A stretch of DNA of 43,413 bases from Candidatus Hydrogenedentota bacterium (GCA_030432675.1 JAUIMA010000002.1:1-43413); one strand, 5' to 3'; numbered from the stretch's first letter, positions 8,526-18,206 are shown. Notes: a model not told the origin generated them from the letters alone. Translations and numbers: made by a program.

Positions 8526-9587
8526 ATGACCGAAGAAAAGTCGGGGTTGAGTTACCGTGACGCGGGCGTCGATATCGACGCCGCGAATGTTGCCATGAAG
8601 ACGGTGAAGACGTTGGTAAAACGTACCTTTACCGGCGGCGTACTCCAGGATATTGGTGCCTTTGGGGCCATGTTCAGCCTCGACACCAAGGGCATGACGG
8701 AGCCGGTGCTTGTTTCCAGCGTAGACGGGGTGGGCACGAAGCTGAAGCTCGCTTTCATGTCGGGCAAGCACGACACCATCGGTATCGATATTGTTTCCCA
8801 CTGCGTCAACGACATCCTCGTGCAGGGTGCCCGACCGTTGTTCTTCCTCGATTACCTCGCGGTCGGCAAGCTGGAGCCCCAGGTGGTGGTGGATGTGGTG
8901 AAGGGACTTACCGACGGCTGCCTCTATGCTGGCTGCGCCCTGATTGGCGGTGAGACGGCCGAAATGCCCGATATGTATCAGCCCGGCGAGTATGACCTGG
9001 CCGGCACCATCGTCGGCGTGGTAGACCGCAGCAAGATCATCGACGGCACGAACATCAACGCGGGGGACGCCATCATCGGCATCCCATCCTCCGGTCTCCA
9101 CACCAACGGCTACAGCCTCGCCCGGAAGATTTGCTTTGAAGTGGCCGGGCTCGATATTCACGATGAAATGCCCGGTGTAGGTCGTTCCGTAGCGGAAGCG
9201 CTGATGGAGCCCCACCTGAGCTACGCCAAGCTCATGCAGATTGTTATGAAGGTCGTGAAGGTGAAGGGCATGGCCCACATCACCGGCGGCGGTATCACGG
9301 ACAACCTGCCCCGCGTATTGCCCGATGGCCACTCGGCGGAGATTGACCTCCAGAGCTGGACGGTTCCGCCCCTCTTCAAGTTTCTGCAGGAAACGGGCAA
9401 CGTGGCGGAGTCCGAAATGCTGCGCACCTTCAACATGGGCCAGGGTTTCCTTTTTGTGGTGCCCCAGAATCAGGCCGAGAAGGCGCTGGAGACGGTGAAC
9501 CTCACGGGCACGGACGCCTACCGCGTGGGCGAAGTCATCGCAGGCGACGGACAGATTCACTACAAGGGCACGCTGAACTATGGCTAA
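8526..9587 (+). CDS. purM: Phosphoribosylformylglycinamidine cyclo-ligase (AIR synthetase)
   Basis: ORF 8301-9587. The credible start is ATG 8526 (MTEEKSGLSYRDAGVDIDAAN...), preceded by AAAGGAAA. Has the PurM motifs VDGVGTKL and GGETAEMP. The upstream 75 codons of the ORF lie in repeat-rich non-coding DNA. Confidence 0.93.
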   Translation: MTEEKSGLSYRDAGVDIDAANVAMKTVKTLVKRTFTGGVLQDIGAFGAMFSLDTKGMTEPVLVSSVDGVGTKLKLAFMSGKHDTIGIDIVSHCVNDILVQGARPLFFLDYLAVGKLEPQVVVDVVKGLTDGCLYAGCALIGGETAEMPDMYQPGEYDLAGTIVGVVDRSKIIDGTNINAGDAIIGIPSSGLHTNGYSLARKICFEVAGLDIHDEMPGVGRSVAEALMEPHLSYAKLMQIVMKVVKVKGMAHITGGGITDNLPRVLPDGHSAEIDLQSWTVPPLFKFLQETGNVAESEMLRTFNMGQGFLFVVPQNQAEKALETVNLTGTDAYRVGEVIAGDGQIHYKGTLNYG

Positions 9588-12499
9588 TCGTATCGAAGTC
9601 GCCATGCAGGCCAACCAGCCCGACCCGGCGGGTGAGGCGGTGCGTCTCAAGCTGCACGAAGATCTCCACGTGACGGTGGAATCCGTACGGGTGATTGACG
9701 TGTACGCTATTCACGCTGACCTCAGTGAGGCCGAGTTGGAGAAGGTGCGGACCGAGCTTTTCACCGACCCCATCATCCAGACCTCGGCGTTGAACCGCTC
9801 GCTGGCCCAGAATTTTGACTACGTCGTGGAAGTGGGCTTTCGTCCCGGCGTAACCGACAACGTGGGCCGGAGTTCCCTCGAAGGGGTGGAAGACACGCTG
9901 GGCCGCGATCTCGGACCCGACGCAGCGGTCTTTAAGTCGACCCAGTATGTTATCCAGGGAATCAGTGAAGCCGACTGCGCGCGCGTAACCAAGCGTGCCC
10001 TGGCCAACGAGCTCATCGAGCGTTGGGCCATCAAGTCCCCCGTCGAAATGGCGGCGCTGAATCATGCCTCCCTCCTCGACGAGCCCCTGGTGACGGACGT
10101 AAGTGATCCGACGGTCCACGAGATCGATCTGGAAATCGGCGATGACGCCCTCCTGGCCCTGAGCCGTGAGATGATGCTGGCCCTGGAGTTGGTGGAGATG
10201 CAGGCCATTCAGGCCCACTATCGCGACCCGGCCACCGTCGCCCTGCGGAAGGAGCTGGGCCTGCCTGAGAAACCCACCGACATCGAGTTGGAGATTCTCG
10301 CGCAGACCTGGTCGGAACACTGCAAGCACAAGATTTTCGCGGCCGACGTGGAGTATACCGACGCCGAAGGCACGACCCGTCGTATCGATGGGCTCTTCAA
10401 GAACTACGTGAAGGCCACCACCGATATCGTGGGCGAAAAAGTCGATTGGCTTATCAGCGTCTTTCACGACAACGCGGGCATCGTGAAGTTTACCGATGAC
10501 TATCACTTCGCGCTGAAGGCCGAGACCCACAACAGTCCTTCGGCACTCGACCCCTACGGCGGTGCCATGACGGGTATCGTGGGCGTGAACCGGGACATTC
10601 TGGGTGCGGGGCAGGGCTGCCGCTGCATCTTTAATACCGACGTGTTCTGCTTTGCTCCACCCCCGACGGGTCCTTCGTGGCGTACACCGCGGTGTGGTGG
10701 ATGGCGGGAACGAAAGTGGTATCCCCACGGTCAACGGCGCCATTGTTTTTCACGAGCGTTTCCTTGGAAAGCCCCTTGTCTTTGTGGGTACTGGCGGACT
10801 TATCCCCGTCGAAGTGAACGGCGTGCCCAGCGAAGAAAAAGCCGCCCGGCCCGGCGACAAAATTATCATGGCCGGTGGGCGTATCGGTAAAGATGGCATC
10901 CACGGCGCTACCTTCTCTTCGGAAGAGTTGCACGAAGGTTCGCCGGCCACTGCGGTGCAGATCGGTGACCCCATTACCCAAAAGAAATTGGCAGATTTTC
11001 TCATGGAAGCCCGCGATTTGGGACTCTATACCTGCGTCACGGACAACGGTGCCGGGGGCCTTTCCTCCAGCATTGGTGAAATGGCCGAAACCCCGGGCGG
11101 TGCCGCCATTCATCTCGACAAGTGCCCCTTGAAGTACGCGGGTCTGGCGCCCTGGGAGATTTTCCTTTCCGAAGCCCAGGAGCGGATGACCCTCGCCGTT
11201 GCCCCGGAAAAGGTGGATGCCCTCCTTGACCTGGCGAAGCGCCGCGAAGTGGATGCCACCGATATCGGTGAGTTTAACGATTCGGGCCGTCTTGACACCT
11301 ATTACAATGGGGCCTTGATTGGTGCGTTGACCATGGAATTCCTCCATGATGGCGTGCCGAAAATGTGCCTGCCCGCCAAGCTCGAGCCCGTTGCCCTGAC
11401 CGCGCCCGTACTGGAAGAGAAGTCTGACCTGAACGACGATTTGAAAGCCGTGTTGGGTGCCCTCAATGTGGCCAGTAAAGAGAGCTTCGTGCGGATGTAT
11501 GACCACGAAGTACAGGGCAACAGCGTGGTTAAGCCCTTCCAGGGTGCGGAGTCCGATGGTCCCGGCAACGCCGGTGTGGTCCGTCCTGATCCGAACTCGA
11601 AAAAAGGGGTGGCCGTCGCCTGTGGCATCACGCCCAAGTATGCCGACCTGGACGCCTACCACATGATGGCCTGCGCCATCGACGAAGCGGTCCGTAACCT
11701 GGTGGCGACGGGCGCGAAGATGGGTACCATTGCCGGACTCGATAACTTTTGCTGGCCCGACCCCGTGGAAAGCGAGAAGACACCCGATGGTGCCCATAAG
11801 ATGGCCCAGTTGGTGCGTTGCTGCGAAGCCCTCAAGGAAGTCTGTGTCGCTTATGACATCCCGCTCATCAGCGGTAAAGACAGCATGAAAAACGACTACA
11901 AGATCGGCGATACCAAAATCTCGATTCCGCCGACCGTGTTGTTTACGGCCTCGGCCATTCTCGACGATGCCGACCAGGTGGTGACCATGGACGTGAAACG
12001 TCCGGGTGACACGGTCTATGTGTTGGGCGAAACGAAAGACGAGTTGGGCGGCAGCGAATACCTGTCTCTGTCACAGCAGTTGGGTGACAGGGTGCCCACG
12101 GTGGATCCGCTTCGTGCCCGTGCCCGCTATGAAGCGCTGCACCAGGCCATTACCCAGGGGCTCGTGGCTTCCTGTCACGATTGTTCCGATGGGGGACTGG
12201 GTGCTGCCTTGGCCGAGTCCGCCTTCGCGGGGGGCTTCGGCATGAAGGTCGATCTGGCACCCCTGGGATTGGACTACGATCAGGTGGCGCTCTTCAGTGA
12301 AAGCCAGAGCCGTTTCGTCGCGACTGTTCCCGCAGACAAGGTGTCTGCCTTCGAGGCCCTGATGAACGATACGGGGTGTTATGCCCTGGGTCAGGTGACG
12401 GAGGTTCCCCAGTTGGTCATTGCCGGCACTTCGGGCACCGTAGTCGATGCCCCCCTGGCCGAATTGAAAGCCGCGTGGCAGGCTCCGTTGAACTACTAG
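9580..12499 (+). CDS. purL: Phosphoribosylformylglycinamidine synthase, PurS-PurL fusion, interrupted by a 1-nt frame change near 10660-10664
   Basis: The N-terminal PurS-like domain (IEVAMQANQPDPAGEAV...VRVIDVY) and PurL motifs (WSEHCKHKIF, ETHNSPSALDPYGGAMTG) are in the frame of ORF 9580-10890. The continuation (LHPRRVLRGVHRGVVDGGNESGIPTVNGAIVF ... to the stop at 12499) is in the frame of ORF 10604-12499. The start overlaps the purM stop by 8 nt. Confidence 0.85.
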
Positions 12500-12646
12500 T
12501 CCCCGGGCCGTGATCGGATTGAGCACGGTGCATGGGCACGAGCTTACTGAGTTTTAAAAACTCCCCCTGCAATGGGGAGTCGCCCGCAAGGGTTCCTGGG
12601 TCAAGAGGAACCGTTGCAATGGGCGGCGACATAAGGAGACACAGAC

Positions 12647-13438
12647 GTGTCGGTAAACGCACTCATATTGACCGGATTCGGTATTAATTGTGATCGTGAA
12701 ACGGCGCTGGCCTTTGAACGGGCGGGTGCTCGGGCCGAGCGGGTTCATCTGAATGATCTGGCCGAAAATCCCGAGCGCTTTCAGGAGTTTCAGATTCTCG
12801 CCGTACCCGGTGGATTCTCTTTTGGCGATGACGTGGCGTCTGGCCGGATTCTGGCCAACCGTTTGCGCTATCGTCTGGGCGCACCACTCCAGGACTTCGT
12901 GGCGGCGGGTAAACTGGCCATTGGTATTTGTAATGGGTTTCAGGTCATGGTGAAAATGGGCCTGCTTCCGCTCTTCGAGGGCGAATTTACCCAGGAAGTG
13001 ACGCTCACCCACAACAACGCCGGACGCTTTGACAATCGCTGGGTCAATCTCAACGTCAATGCCGACTCGCCCTGCGTCTGGACCCGGGAGATGACGGATT
13101 TGGAAGTGCCCATCCGTCACGGTGAAGGCAAGTTTATCCCTCGGGATGAGGCGACCCTGACCCGTTTGCAGCAACAGGGGCAAATCGTGTTGCGCTATGC
13201 CAACGCCGATGGTACGCTCGCCGGGGGCGCATTTCCCGCGAACCCCAACGGCTCCGTGGATGACGTGGCGGGGATTTGCGATCCTTCGGGACGCATATTC
13301 GGGCTGATGCCCCACCCGGAAGCCTTCCTTCACCGGAGCAATCATCCCCGCTGGACCCGCGAAGAATTGCCCGAAGAAGGTGCAGGACTTCAGTTGTTCA
13401 AAAACGCGGTGGCATTCGCGGAGAAGGAATTGGCGTAG
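12647..13438 (+). CDS. purQ: Phosphoribosylformylglycinamidine synthase glutaminase subunit
   Basis: 263 aa, GTG start preceded by AAGGAG (12632-12637). Class-I amidotransferase triad context: GICNGFQVMVKMGLLP (Cys) and LMPHPE (His/Glu). Confidence 0.93.
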   Translation: MSVNALILTGFGINCDRETALAFERAGARAERVHLNDLAENPERFQEFQILAVPGGFSFGDDVASGRILANRLRYRLGAPLQDFVAAGKLAIGICNGFQVMVKMGLLPLFEGEFTQEVTLTHNNAGRFDNRWVNLNVNADSPCVWTREMTDLEVPIRHGEGKFIPRDEATLTRLQQQGQIVLRYANADGTLAGGAFPANPNGSVDDVAGICDPSGRIFGLMPHPEAFLHRSNHPRWTREELPEEGAGLQLFKNAVAFAEKELA

Positions 13439-13565
13439 GGGCGGAATTGCGTCTGCGGGTTGGCCGGTGGGGCATGCGTCCGCACGTTGCGTGGCTTCTG
13501 TAGGTTGGGCGGACAAGCTGGCGCGACGTTTTTCTCATCCCAGGAGCACCCGCGGCAGAACACCC

Positions 13566-13997
13566 CTACAGGGTTTCTCCGAAGGCATCCAGCACACGCT
13601 TGCCGTCAATGGTGCACTGGTCAGAGACACAGCGGCCACTCTCCGTCTGGGTCCAGTCCGCCGCACCTTGGCGGGTGTAGAAGAACTCGTATCCTTCAAT
13701 ACGGGACTCGTTTTCGCTGCCCGAATGTTCGACATACACAGAAATCTTACCGATAGCGGGCCCGAATAGCACGTAGGGGCGGGCCACTGCGACCTCCGCA
13801 CCGATGCGTTTGACCGACGTCTCCAGTCCTTTTTTCGCAGGCTTGAATTCTTCTATTTTTGACTGGGCCAGGCCGTCCAACTCGTCTTCCAGAAAGGTAA
13901 GTTGGTAGGCACTTACGCCCCACGCAACACACAGGGCCACCAAAAACACCACCCCCACCCGTAGAATCCACCCTGAGCTTTTTTTCGTGTCCGACAT
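13566..13997 (-). CDS. Hypothetical membrane-anchored protein
   Basis: 143-aa ORF with one N-terminal TM helix (ILRVGVVFLVALCVAWGVSAY). No recognisable motif. Called on ORF length, position between converging and diverging neighbours, and an AT-rich upstream region. Confidence 0.5.
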   Translation of the reverse strand: MSDTKKSSGWILRVGVVFLVALCVAWGVSAYQLTFLEDELDGLAQSKIEEFKPAKKGLETSVKRIGAEVAVARPYVLFGPAIGKISVYVEHSGSENESRIEGYEFFYTRQGAADWTQTESGRCVSDQCTIDGKRVLDAFGETL

Positions 13998-14253
13998 TCC
14001 TGAACCTTTCCCATTTGGATGCGATCCTGTTATATTAGTTTCCAGTATATTCTTAGTGCGCCCATTTTCATAGCCCCCCCAATTCCGGGTCGGTCTTTCG
14101 GGTGGTTAGCGTGCCAGAATATGGAATAATGCGATTTTGTGTTGTCATGGGTATAATGACCTTTCACGTGGCGTAGGTAGTGGTGCCGCGTATCCGTGAG
14201 CGTGGTAGATTTTTCGGGTCGTTTCGAGCCCCCGAAACGAACCGAGTGCAGGA

Positions 14254-15381
14254 ATGAACGTGTCGTCCGAGACATATGAGTACATAGAAACCCAAGACGC
14301 CTGGGACTCCTGCCTGGCGTTACTCGAACGTGAACCCATCGTGGCGGTTGATCTGGAAGCCAACAGCCTGTACGCCTACCGCGAGCAGGTTTGCCTCATC
14401 CAGATATCTATCCCGAACAACGACTATATTGTAGACCCTCTGGCGGACATCGACCTTACGGGCTTCGGGCGGCTTCTGAGCAATCCTGCCATTGAAAAAG
14501 TGTTTCACGCGTCGGAATACGATCTGATGCTGCTCATGCGGGACTATGATTGGCAGTTGCAGAATCTCTTCGATACCATGTGGGCCGCGCGCATCCTCGG
14601 TTTTAAGCACATGGGTCTGGCCTGGTTCCTGCGGGAATTCTACGGCGTCGAACTCACGAAGAAATACCAGAAGGCCAATTGGGGTGCCCGGCCCTTGTTG
14701 CCCGAACTGCTGGCCTATGCCCAGGCAGATACCCATCACCTGCTCGATCTGCGCCATGCCCTGGCGGAGCGACTGGAAGAGGCGGGGCGCATGAAAGAGG
14801 CCCTGGAAATCTTCGAGCAGCAATGCCGGGTGCGACTTCCCGATCAGGAGTTTACTCCCGACGGGTTCTGGTCTATTCGGGGTGCCCGCACCCTGGCCCC
14901 CCAAGAGCAGGCGGTCTTAAAAGCCCTTTATATCTTCCGGGATGAAGAGTCCCGTCGCCGCAATCAGCCCGCGTTTAAGGTCTTGAATAATGAAGCCCTC
15001 GTGGGGATGGCATCCGCATTGCCAGATACCCGGGAGGCCTTGAGTAAGGTGCGGGGCATCGGGGTCCGCAATCTGGATCGCTACGGGTCCCGCTTACTCG
15101 ATATTATTCGCACGTCGCAGTCCGACCCCGCGCCGGAGCGCCCGAAACGAAAGAAACGCCCCGACCCCAAAGCGGCGGATCGCTTCGAGAAACTCTCCCA
15201 GTGGCGGCGAGATCGTGCCCAGGCACGTGGCGTTGAGTCGGATGTCATTCTGTCCCGGGAAACCATGTGGGACATCGCCCGGGGTAATCCGAATTCCATC
15301 GACGATCTGGCCCAAATTCCGGGAATCGGTCCCTGCCGACTTGACCTCCACGGGGAGGCCATTCTCGACGAACTCGACTGA
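14254..15381 (+). CDS. rnd: Ribonuclease D (DEDD 3'-5' exonuclease plus HRDC domain)
   Basis: 375 aa. Exo motifs VAVDLEANSLY (ExoI), FHASEYDLMLL (ExoII) and YAQADTHHLLDL (ExoIII). HRDC-like segment LKALYIFRDEESRRRNQPAFKVLNNEAL. Confidence 0.88.
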   Translation: MNVSSETYEYIETQDAWDSCLALLEREPIVAVDLEANSLYAYREQVCLIQISIPNNDYIVDPLADIDLTGFGRLLSNPAIEKVFHASEYDLMLLMRDYDWQLQNLFDTMWAARILGFKHMGLAWFLREFYGVELTKKYQKANWGARPLLPELLAYAQADTHHLLDLRHALAERLEEAGRMKEALEIFEQQCRVRLPDQEFTPDGFWSIRGARTLAPQEQAVLKALYIFRDEESRRRNQPAFKVLNNEALVGMASALPDTREALSKVRGIGVRNLDRYGSRLLDIIRTSQSDPAPERPKRKKRPDPKAADRFEKLSQWRRDRAQARGVESDVILSRETMWDIARGNPNSIDDLAQIPGIGPCRLDLHGEAILDELD

Positions 15382-15503
15382 GAAGCCTTCGCGCGCTACG
15401 CGAACCATTCAAATGCCGGGGCCGAATGTGGTATATTGCTCCGGGCTGCGGGGAGAGCAACCCCGTTGCTTTCAATGGTGCCGCACCGAGAAAATACCGA
15501 TAC

Positions 15504-16802
15504 ATGGACGTACACGATCCTCAAAGCTCAAGCCCCCCCGACGCCAATGACGTAAATCCACGCCTCGTAAAGGTGGCCCGGCTTGAGTTTTTACTTCTAC
15601 TCACCCGATATGCCCTCCTCGTACTTTACGGGATGCTCTACCGATACGCAGAAACGCCCCCCTTTGATGTTCTGGGTATGCTCGTACTCGCGATTCCCTT
15701 TCTGGCTCACAATGCAGCGGTACACGCTATCGGCTATCTGGGCTGCTATCACCTGTACCTTCGCGGCGGAAACCTGCTGATCCATCTGGTGCAGATCACC
15801 ATCCTCGTCACACTGACTGGGGCGGAGGGGAGTCCCTTCACGATAGCTTTCTTCTTTGTATTACTGGCCCAGGTTTTCTACGCTCCCCATTTTCGACATA
15901 TTCACACCGTCATTTTCGGCTGTGTCTTCGCCTATCTCATGGCGGTCGTGGTGCATGCCCTTGTATTCGAAGAGAAGCGGATGTGGTTGCATCTGATTGC
16001 CACGTTGGGAGGCCTGATAGTCTGCTATGGCCTCATCCGCTCCCTCGCGAATCTGCTTTTTACCATCGAGTTGGGTTTGCAAACGCGGGCCCAGGAACTG
16101 GCCTCCTCCAGGGCAACGCTTCGCACGATTCTGGACTCAGCGGGCGGCGCGATTATTGTGTACGATGAAAACGAATTCATCACGGATGGCAACGCCAAGG
16201 CCTGCGAATTCTTTAAACGCCCCCGAGAGCGGCTTCTGGGGGTGCGCTTTCGTCAGTTCTTCTTCGACGATGGGACCTTGCCGAGTAAGCTTGCCACCCT
16301 CAATGCCCGGGGGGAATACCAGGGAGAGCTGCTGGCCGTATTGCCGGAAGGAGATGAATTCAACGTGTCCGTTTCGGTGCGCTCCTTCATTCAGGAGGGC
16401 CGCCGCTTCTTCGTGGCGTTGCTCCACGACGTCACGGAGCAGAAGCACGTTCAGGAAGCGACTCGGAAGGCCAATATTCGTTTGGAGCAGATTAACCAGG
16501 AGCTCCAGCAAGTAGACTCACTTCGAAATGCGTTTTTCGGTGCGGTGTCCCAGCGTTTGCGTTCGCCGCTGTCTGCCATTCTGGGGTATACCGATTTGCT
16601 GCTGGAAGAGGAGCTGGGCGCGTTGAATGCCGAGCAACGTAAAGCGGTACAGAGTTGCCGACGGAGCGTTATTCGCGTTTTCGGTCTGGTAGACGAAGCT
16701 TTTGAAGATCAGGGGAATGTAAGCAGAGAGGGTCAGGCCGAGGAGCTTTCCTCTGGTGACGCACCGGTGGCCCCCGAGCAGATCGGCAGTTCCACGGACT
16801 GA
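15504..16802 (+). CDS. Multi-pass membrane PAS-domain protein with degenerate HisKA (DHp) domain and no ATPase domain
   Basis: ORF 15426-16802, start uncertain (ATG 15426 or 15504). It has 5-6 hydrophobic helices, then a PAS-like block (LRTILDSAGGAIIVYDENEFITDGNAKACEFF). The H-box-like FFGAVSQRLRSPLSAILGYTDLL has Gln (16551-16553) where the phospho-His is expected. The protein ends about 80 aa later with no N/G1/G2 boxes. Confidence 0.75.
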   Translation: MDVHDPQSSSPPDANDVNPRLVKVARLEFLLLLTRYALLVLYGMLYRYAETPPFDVLGMLVLAIPFLAHNAAVHAIGYLGCYHLYLRGGNLLIHLVQITILVTLTGAEGSPFTIAFFFVLLAQVFYAPHFRHIHTVIFGCVFAYLMAVVVHALVFEEKRMWLHLIATLGGLIVCYGLIRSLANLLFTIELGLQTRAQELASSRATLRTILDSAGGAIIVYDENEFITDGNAKACEFFKRPRERLLGVRFRQFFFDDGTLPSKLATLNARGEYQGELLAVLPEGDEFNVSVSVRSFIQEGRRFFVALLHDVTEQKHVQEATRKANIRLEQINQELQQVDSLRNAFFGAVSQRLRSPLSAILGYTDLLLEEELGALNAEQRKAVQSCRRSVIRVFGLVDEAFEDQGNVSREGQAEELSSGDAPVAPEQIGSSTD

Positions 16803-16923
16803 GTGGAGCCCGATTTCGGCCCCTTCTATTGATCCCCAATCCGCTCTCATGAGACAATAAACACCCCTTGGAGACCCGTTCGCTGGTTTCCGCCACGTTA
16901 CTGAATCAGGAAGGATTCCCACG

Positions 16924-18144
16924 ATGTCCGAGCTACAAGGAAAGGCTCTCGTCGCCCAGGGCGGCGGGCCGACCGCAGTTATTAACCAGAGTTTTGTTGG
17001 TGCCGTGCTCGAAGCACGTAAATCTCCCCACGTGTCCCACGTCTATGGTGCTCTCCATGGTGTGAACGGCATTATCAACGAGAACTTTATCGATCTTACC
17101 GAAGCCACTACGCACAATCTGGAAGCCGTGGCACAGACCCCGTCGTCTGGATTGCTTTCGACCCGGGATAAGCCCGATATCGAATACTGCAAGAAGATTT
17201 TCGGTATCTGCAAGCTCCACGGTATCCGCTACTTCATGTACTGCGGCGGCAACGACAGCGCCGATACCTGCCGGATCGTGAATGAAGAAGCCAACAAGGC
17301 GGGTTACGAACTTCGGGTGATTCACATTCCGAAGACCATCGACAACGACCTGCTTGTGACCGATCACTGCCCCGGATTCGGCTCCGCTGCCCGTTATGTG
17401 GCCCAGGCCTTCGCTGGCGTCAACCTCGACAACCGTGCGCTTCCCGGTGTTTACCTCGGTATCGTCATGGGACGTCACGCCGGATTCCTGACGGCCGCTT
17501 CCTGCATGGCCCGGAAATACTCCGACGATGGTCCTCACCTTATTTACCTTCCCGAGCGGCCCCTCTCCAAAGAGCAGTTTGTGTCTGACATCGAGCGCGT
17601 CTACAAGGAACAGGGTCGTTGTATCGTCGCCGTTTCTGAAGGTGTTGTCGATTCCGATGGAAAAGCCATTGCCGAACAGTTCACCGGCGGTGAGCGAGAT
17701 GCCCACGGCAATGTGCAGCTTTCCGGTACCGGTGCCCTGGGTGATCTACTCAGCTCCTGGGTGAAAGACGGCACGGACATCTCTCGCGTGCGCGCCGATA
17801 CGCTGGGTTACATCCAGCGCAGCTTCCTGGGCTGTGTCAGCGAGACTGACGCACGGGAGGCCCGTGAAGTGGGTGAAAAGGCCGCACAGTATGCTATCTG
17901 GCACAATCAGGACGGCTCCGTGGCCATGCGCCGTGTTGGCGACTATGCCATCGAATACTTCCTCACGCCGCTGGAAACGGTTGCCCGTAACAGCCGCGAA
18001 ATGGCCGACGAATTCATCAACGAAGCCGGTAACGACGTGACCGACGCCTTCCGCAATTACGTGCGTCCCCTCGTCGGGGCCCTGCCTGTTGCTGAACGCA
18101 TCAGCGCTCCGGCCGTGCCGAAGATTGCGTCCAAAGGCAACTGA
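16924..18144 (+). CDS. 6-phosphofructokinase, PFK-A family (phosphoryl donor uncertain, possibly PPi-dependent)
   Basis: 406 aa. Motifs QGGGPTAVIN, YCGGNDS, IPKTIDNDL and MGRHAGFL. GGAAGGA lies upstream of the ATG. Confidence 0.88.
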   Translation: MSELQGKALVAQGGGPTAVINQSFVGAVLEARKSPHVSHVYGALHGVNGIINENFIDLTEATTHNLEAVAQTPSSGLLSTRDKPDIEYCKKIFGICKLHGIRYFMYCGGNDSADTCRIVNEEANKAGYELRVIHIPKTIDNDLLVTDHCPGFGSAARYVAQAFAGVNLDNRALPGVYLGIVMGRHAGFLTAASCMARKYSDDGPHLIYLPERPLSKEQFVSDIERVYKEQGRCIVAVSEGVVDSDGKAIAEQFTGGERDAHGNVQLSGTGALGDLLSSWVKDGTDISRVRADTLGYIQRSFLGCVSETDAREAREVGEKAAQYAIWHNQDGSVAMRRVGDYAIEYFLTPLETVARNSREMADEFINEAGNDVTDAFRNYVRPLVGALPVAERISAPAVPKIASKGN

Positions 18145-18169
18145 CCGCAGTCGTTGAACAGGTAATTCC

Positions 18170-18206
18170 GTGCCGGTCATGTTATTCTGCATGACCGGCA
18201 CTTTTT
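18170..18206 (+). terminator. Rho-independent terminator after the phosphofructokinase gene
   Basis: Perfect 12-bp stem GTGCCGGTCATG (18170-18181) / CATGACCGGCAC (18190-18201), 8-nt loop, then TTTTT (18202-18206). It lies 26 nt after the stop codon. Confidence 0.85.

Noticed and set aside
8300-8526. A purine, ZTP (pfl) or PRPP/ykkC-type riboswitch upstream of purM.
   Set aside because: I could not find the conserved cores as I remember them (for example GGGUCGUGAC...CCGCCUGGGC for ZTP, or the UAUA...CCGUAAA...GACUA purine junction). This needs an Infernal scan to be definitive.
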